IMG/VR virus record: IMGVR_UViG_3300021400_005359
Direction: 5' to 3' (one strand)
From: an uncultured virus (IMG/VR IMGVR_UViG_3300021400_005359)
Lineage: Duplodnaviria; Heunggongvirae; Uroviricota; Caudoviricetes
Length of the DNA: 20,000 nucleotides
Part shown: piece after piece, positions 16,539-20,000 of the stretch
How the letters are laid out: every line of letters begins with the position of its first letter
How positions within the stretch are numbered: the stretch's first letter is position 1
Program-made: the position numbers and the translations under genes
Notes under the pieces: model-generated
The model's input: the letters and a program-made list of their open reading frames with translations, nothing else
Database searches by the model: none
Told to the model about the DNA's origin: nothing

Positions 16539-17207
16539 ATGGCAAAAAATCAATTTAAATTTAAAATAGAAAATAACAAATACTACAAACTTGGATTTTT
16601 AAACTGGAAAGAAATAACAAAAAGTGATTATATAAATGAACTTGATAAAGATATTTCCAATATAGGAAGAACCCAAAATTTTAATTTGTTTAAATATTTA
16701 AACGATAAATATGAAGTTGATTTCTATAATGGAAAATCAACTTATGGTGAAGAAGTTTCTTGTCAGTTTACAAATTGGGATAATAATTTAATGGAAACAC
16801 AAAACGGATATGCAGGAAATTTATCTTTCACAATCTTAATCAAATCTAAAAAAAATGGAAATCCTCTTGCTCAAACACAGTTTAATACGTTTTTATCTCT
16901 TCAAAAGAAGGTTTCAAAAAATCTTTTACAGATGCTTTTTGAAAGAGCTTATTCTGGAACATTTGAAAATCCTTGGCTTGAAGAAGATATTTATAATGAG
17001 ATGAAAAGCTGTGGAATTGTAAATCAGGATGCTGAACTTACTTTTTGTTGCGAAACTTGTAACCAAAAGTTCAATTCTTTAAATGAACTTTTAGCTCATC
17101 TAATTGATGAAAACCACTATGATAACATATTATATTTACATAGGAATAATCCAGAATTTGGAAATATATATAAGAGATTACTTCCTTTTAAGAAAGGAGA
17201 AAATTAA
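16539..17207 (+). CDS. Hypothetical protein with one C2H2-type zinc finger
   Basis: FCCETCNQKFNSLNELLAHLIDENH matches F-x-C-x2-C-x3-F-x5-L-x2-H-x5-H. Confidence 0.8.
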   Translation: MAKNQFKFKIENNKYYKLGFLNWKEITKSDYINELDKDISNIGRTQNFNLFKYLNDKYEVDFYNGKSTYGEEVSCQFTNWDNNLMETQNGYAGNLSFTILIKSKKNGNPLAQTQFNTFLSLQKKVSKNLLQMLFERAYSGTFENPWLEEDIYNEMKSCGIVNQDAELTFCCETCNQKFNSLNELLAHLIDENHYDNILYLHRNNPEFGNIYKRLLPFKKGEN

Positions 17208-17213
17208 AATAAA

Positions 17214-17783
17214 ATGACAAAAGATACAAAAGATACTAAAACTAAAGTTCAAAATACAGAAAAAAAGGATATAAAAAATGAAGTACAGCAAGAAATAATG
17301 TCTTGGATAAAAGCAGGAATTATAACTTTATTTGCATATATTTTTATAAACTTTTTTATATTTACAGCAAGAGTTGATGGTCCATCAATGCTTTCAACTT
17401 TTACACACGGAGATTTAATCTTTGTAAATAGAATAGCTTACTCAAGAACTCTTCCAGAATATGAAGATGTTGTAATTTTTACAAGTAATACAAGAGGATA
17501 TGAATTAATAAAAAGAGTAATTGGTCTTCCTGGTGACCATATTGTCGTAAAAGATGGTCAAGTATATAGAAACGGAACTCTTTTACAGGAACCTTACTTA
17601 GATGATGGAATTGTTACCGAAGGAGATATAGATACAATCGTAAATGAAGGTTTTATATTTGTTATGGGTGATAATAGACCTAATTCAGCAGATTCGAGAA
17701 TTGACGAAATAGGTCAGGTATCAATGGATTCTGTAAAAGGAAAAGTATTCTTAAGAATAATTCCAAATCCTAAATTCTTTTAA
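17214..17783 (+). CDS. lepB: Signal peptidase I (S26 family)
   Basis: One TM helix; box B VDGPSMLSTF (catalytic Ser), box D LIKRVIGLPGD (catalytic Lys), box E FVMGDNRPNSADSR. Confidence 0.95.
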   Translation: MTKDTKDTKTKVQNTEKKDIKNEVQQEIMSWIKAGIITLFAYIFINFFIFTARVDGPSMLSTFTHGDLIFVNRIAYSRTLPEYEDVVIFTSNTRGYELIKRVIGLPGDHIVVKDGQVYRNGTLLQEPYLDDGIVTEGDIDTIVNEGFIFVMGDNRPNSADSRIDEIGQVSMDSVKGKVFLRIIPNPKFF

Positions 17784-17789
17784 AAAAAT

Positions 17790-17818
17790 AAAAAGGTGGT
17801 TTTAAACCACCTTTTTTT
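17790..17818 (+). terminator. Intrinsic terminator after lepB
   Basis: AAAAAGGTGGTTT-T-AAACCACCTTTTT(TT). Confidence 0.9.
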
Positions 17819-17825
17819 ATGCAAT

Positions 17826-17854
17826 AAAAAAGCCTGCATAAAGCAGACCTTTTT
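17826..17854 (-). terminator. Second, minus-strand-specific terminator for the 181-aa gene
   Basis: Minus-strand RNA GGUCUGC-UUUAU-GCAGGCU-UUUUU pairs fully only with G-U pairs on the minus strand. Confidence 0.75.
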
Positions 17855-17862
17855 AAAATTAT

Positions 17863-18408
17863 TCAATTTTCTGACTTCTTGTAGAAGCCCTTAGTACCTC
17901 TGAATTCAAGAACAGCTTTCTCATCCTTTACTCCAAGAAATTCACATTCCTTGCTAATAAAGTTCTGGAAGTTATATTCGCTAGAGCCGTCCTTTGAATA
18001 TCTACCTTGTTTACCACTCAAATTGATGTAGTAATGGAAGTCTTTTCCATTTACAAGGCAATCCACATAGATTCTACGAGGATTATCAGAAGGCCAAGAT
18101 GCCATTTTCTTAATGGCGATATTGAGATTGTCATTGGCAACATTTGCACCAACACCAATTTCAATTTTTGTTGAAGATTTTACTACTTTTTTAGCTTCAT
18201 AGTTACGTCCAAGAAACTGCTGACAAACATTGTTCATCCAAACAATATCTTTACTGGAAATCTTAGCTCCAAGATTTTCAAGCTTTTCAACAAAAGCTCT
18301 AACATCTCCATCAATAGTAATAACCTGACCATTGACATTAGCTTCTCTTAACCAGTAGCCAACCTCTCTAGGATTTCTTGAAGAAAGTAAATTAAATCTA
18401 ACAAACAT
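17863..18408 (-). CDS. Hypothetical protein (181 aa)
   Basis: GAAAGGT SD; extended -10 TGATATAAT at 18506-18498; own terminator; no family recognised. Confidence 0.8.
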   Translation of the reverse strand: MFVRFNLLSSRNPREVGYWLREANVNGQVITIDGDVRAFVEKLENLGAKISSKDIVWMNNVCQQFLGRNYEAKKVVKSSTKIEIGVGANVANDNLNIAIKKMASWPSDNPRRIYVDCLVNGKDFHYYINLSGKQGRYSKDGSSEYNFQNFISKECEFLGVKDEKAVLEFRGTKGFYKKSEN

Positions 18409-18580
18409 TCTTTGTACCTTTCTGTCATTGTGACCGAATGGAAAATTGATTCTTCCCTTTTTTATATAATTAATAGTTTCTAATTTATTATATTTATATT
18501 ATATCACTTTTAAAACTATATTTTTAGACTTTTATGAAAAATAAAATTTATTAAATTTTGCAAAAATACTTGACATAACA

Positions 18581-18609
18581 AAAAAGAAGTCCTTTTAGGG
18601 CTTCTTTTT
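18581..18609 (-). terminator. Intrinsic terminator after the 412-aa gene
   Basis: AAAAAGAAGTCC-TTTTA-GGGCTTCTTTTT (one imperfect pair). Confidence 0.7.
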
Positions 18610-18633
18610 AAAATTAAATTAAGTTAACTTAAG

Positions 18634-19872
18634 TTAAGTAAAATCAATATCTTCTTCGTCAGGAGCATTCATAGTTCCAAAATCATCATCTCCTGGCTCA
18701 TCATCTCCATCATTTCCCATTGAAAATACCTGTTGAGGGATAAATCCATCAAGGAAATCATTAGAATTATCAATTTCTACTTTAATATTATTAGCTTCTT
18801 CTTCATATACAGCTGTTTCATCTATTTCTTTATCATCGATAGTAATCTTATTGTCAACTATATCATCAAAAGGACTTTCATCATCTTCTTTTATTTCTAA
18901 AGGATTAATTTCAGGTTTAACTTCTTCTTTTTCAACTTTTTCAACTTTTTTTACAGGAGCTTCATTTTCTAAAGGCTTTACTTCTTTTTCCTTAACTGAA
19001 GAATCTATGAACTTAGTATCTTCATCTTCATCCTTAAAAGCTTCTTTAGATTGAATAAGCTGTGTCTGAATTTCATCAAGTTCTTTAGAATTAATTATCT
19101 CTTCTTTACCTTTATTTTTTGGAGGCTGAGAAGAAATAAAGTCTTTCTTAAGTTCAATAGGCTGTAAATTATAGAATTTAATACCAGTCTTTATATTAAA
19201 CTTTTTCTCAACAACTTTATCAATATTATGAACTTTTGAAACAATCCCTGTAATTGATTCTTCAGAAATAGTATTAACATTTATATGATATCTATAATCA
19301 ACACTAAAACCATCAACACTTTGATTATAATAAACTTTTGAAAAACCTTGTGCAAATTCAGAAGTTTCAGGCTTTATTTCTGATACAATCTCCTTAAAAA
19401 TCTTAGAAAGTCTAAGAACTGCAAACTTTTCAGCAAAACCTCTTTTCTTCATAACTGCAGGCATCTCATCATCTGTAAGTCCAAAATAAATTTTAATAAA
19501 TTCTGGAGTAATAGAATATTGCTTAATAATAGTAATACAATCATTATCAACGTTGTTTTCAGTTTCAACAAATCTTGTAAAGCCTTGCTTAACCAAAGCA
19601 GTATTGACAATAGCTCTAAGCTTATCAAACTCTTCAACAAGTTCTTTCATACTCTTTAAGAATTCTCTATGACTCATAACTTCTGTCTCAAAATTCTTCA
19701 AAGAAAAAGCATCATCTAAAATTAATTCTTTTATTTTCTCGTCACAAACATTTTTTGTAACTAAATTATCTACACAAGTTTGTAAAGACAAATCAACTAT
19801 AGGAGAATAATGCTTCATATATTCTCTCTTATAGTCAATTAAGAGTTTTCCTGTCTTATTTATTCTATCCAT
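18634..19872 (-). CDS. Hypothetical protein (412 aa): folded N-domain plus a long acidic disordered tail
   Basis: GAAAGGA SD; C-terminal approximately 150 aa are D/E-rich and end ...GDDDFGTMNAPDEEDIDFT. Confidence 0.85.
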   Translation of the reverse strand: MDRINKTGKLLIDYKREYMKHYSPIVDLSLQTCVDNLVTKNVCDEKIKELILDDAFSLKNFETEVMSHREFLKSMKELVEEFDKLRAIVNTALVKQGFTRFVETENNVDNDCITIIKQYSITPEFIKIYFGLTDDEMPAVMKKRGFAEKFAVLRLSKIFKEIVSEIKPETSEFAQGFSKVYYNQSVDGFSVDYRYHINVNTISEESITGIVSKVHNIDKVVEKKFNIKTGIKFYNLQPIELKKDFISSQPPKNKGKEEIINSKELDEIQTQLIQSKEAFKDEDEDTKFIDSSVKEKEVKPLENEAPVKKVEKVEKEEVKPEINPLEIKEDDESPFDDIVDNKITIDDKEIDETAVYEEEANNIKVEIDNSNDFLDGFIPQQVFSMGNDGDDEPGDDDFGTMNAPDEEDIDFT

Positions 19873-19944
19873 AAGAAAAAATCCTTTCTTTTTTTAGGTA
19901 TAACTATATTTATATTCTATATAATATTTTTCAAAATATAAAAA

Positions 19945-19973
19945 ATAAAAGAGGGTTATAAGCCCTCTTTTAT
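19945..19973. terminator. Hairpin, probable terminator of a gene beyond the right edge
   Basis: ATAAAAGAGGGTT-ATA-AGCCCTCTTTTAT. Confidence 0.65.
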
Positions 19974-20000
19974 AAAAAACTTTAAAATTATTTAAATAGT

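Noticed and set aside
18570..18600. Perfect TTGACA -35 box on the plus strand
   Set aside because: No -10 element at 16-18 nt spacing, it runs into a terminator hairpin, and no plus-strand gene follows
387..19640. Short ORF-track entries overlapping long genes (e.g. 387-572, 654-839, 2116-2344, 2261-2467, 2341-2661, 8091-8309, 9919-10263, 13994-14266, 15730-16158, 18851-19054)
   Set aside because: Antisense or off-frame shadows with S/F/L/I-biased composition, lying over better-supported genes
1..20000. CRISPR array, rRNA, tRNA, transposase, phage structural genes, stop-codon recoding
   Set aside because: No regularly spaced repeats or recognisable motifs; genes are full length in the standard code and TAA, TAG and TGA are all used as stops

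Overview
Very AT-rich, Firmicutes/Clostridia-like DNA (sigmaA-type promoters, AGGAG/GAAAGGA Shine-Dalgarno sites, standard code) with about 22 genes. Most are mono- or bicistronic, switch strand often and end at palindromic intrinsic terminators. Recognisable products: a TIGR02452/DUF2263 PARG-type macrodomain protein, three tandem paralogous Flp/Tad-like prepilins, a membrane-anchored protein with a degenerate SNase domain, a rhomboid/Derlin-like membrane protein with a Cys/His-rich tail, a lipoprotein, RNase R, a ParM/StbA actin with a ParR-like partner, a short Rad50/SMC-like ATPase, a C2H2 zinc-finger protein and signal peptidase I. About half the ORFs I cannot recognise. The partition pair, the housekeeping genes lacking their usual chromosomal neighbours, the lack of strand bias and the many ORFans suggest (inference) a large extrachromosomal element such as a megaplasmid or plasmid-like phage, not core chromosome. 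Best leads: the orphan variable pilin cassette (1756-2387), a nested-stem element at 1226-1360 (possible ncRNA or IS200/IS605-IscB end remnant), and the catalytically dead SNase fusion. No rRNA, tRNA, CRISPR array or transposase was seen. All family calls come from motif recognition, not database searches.
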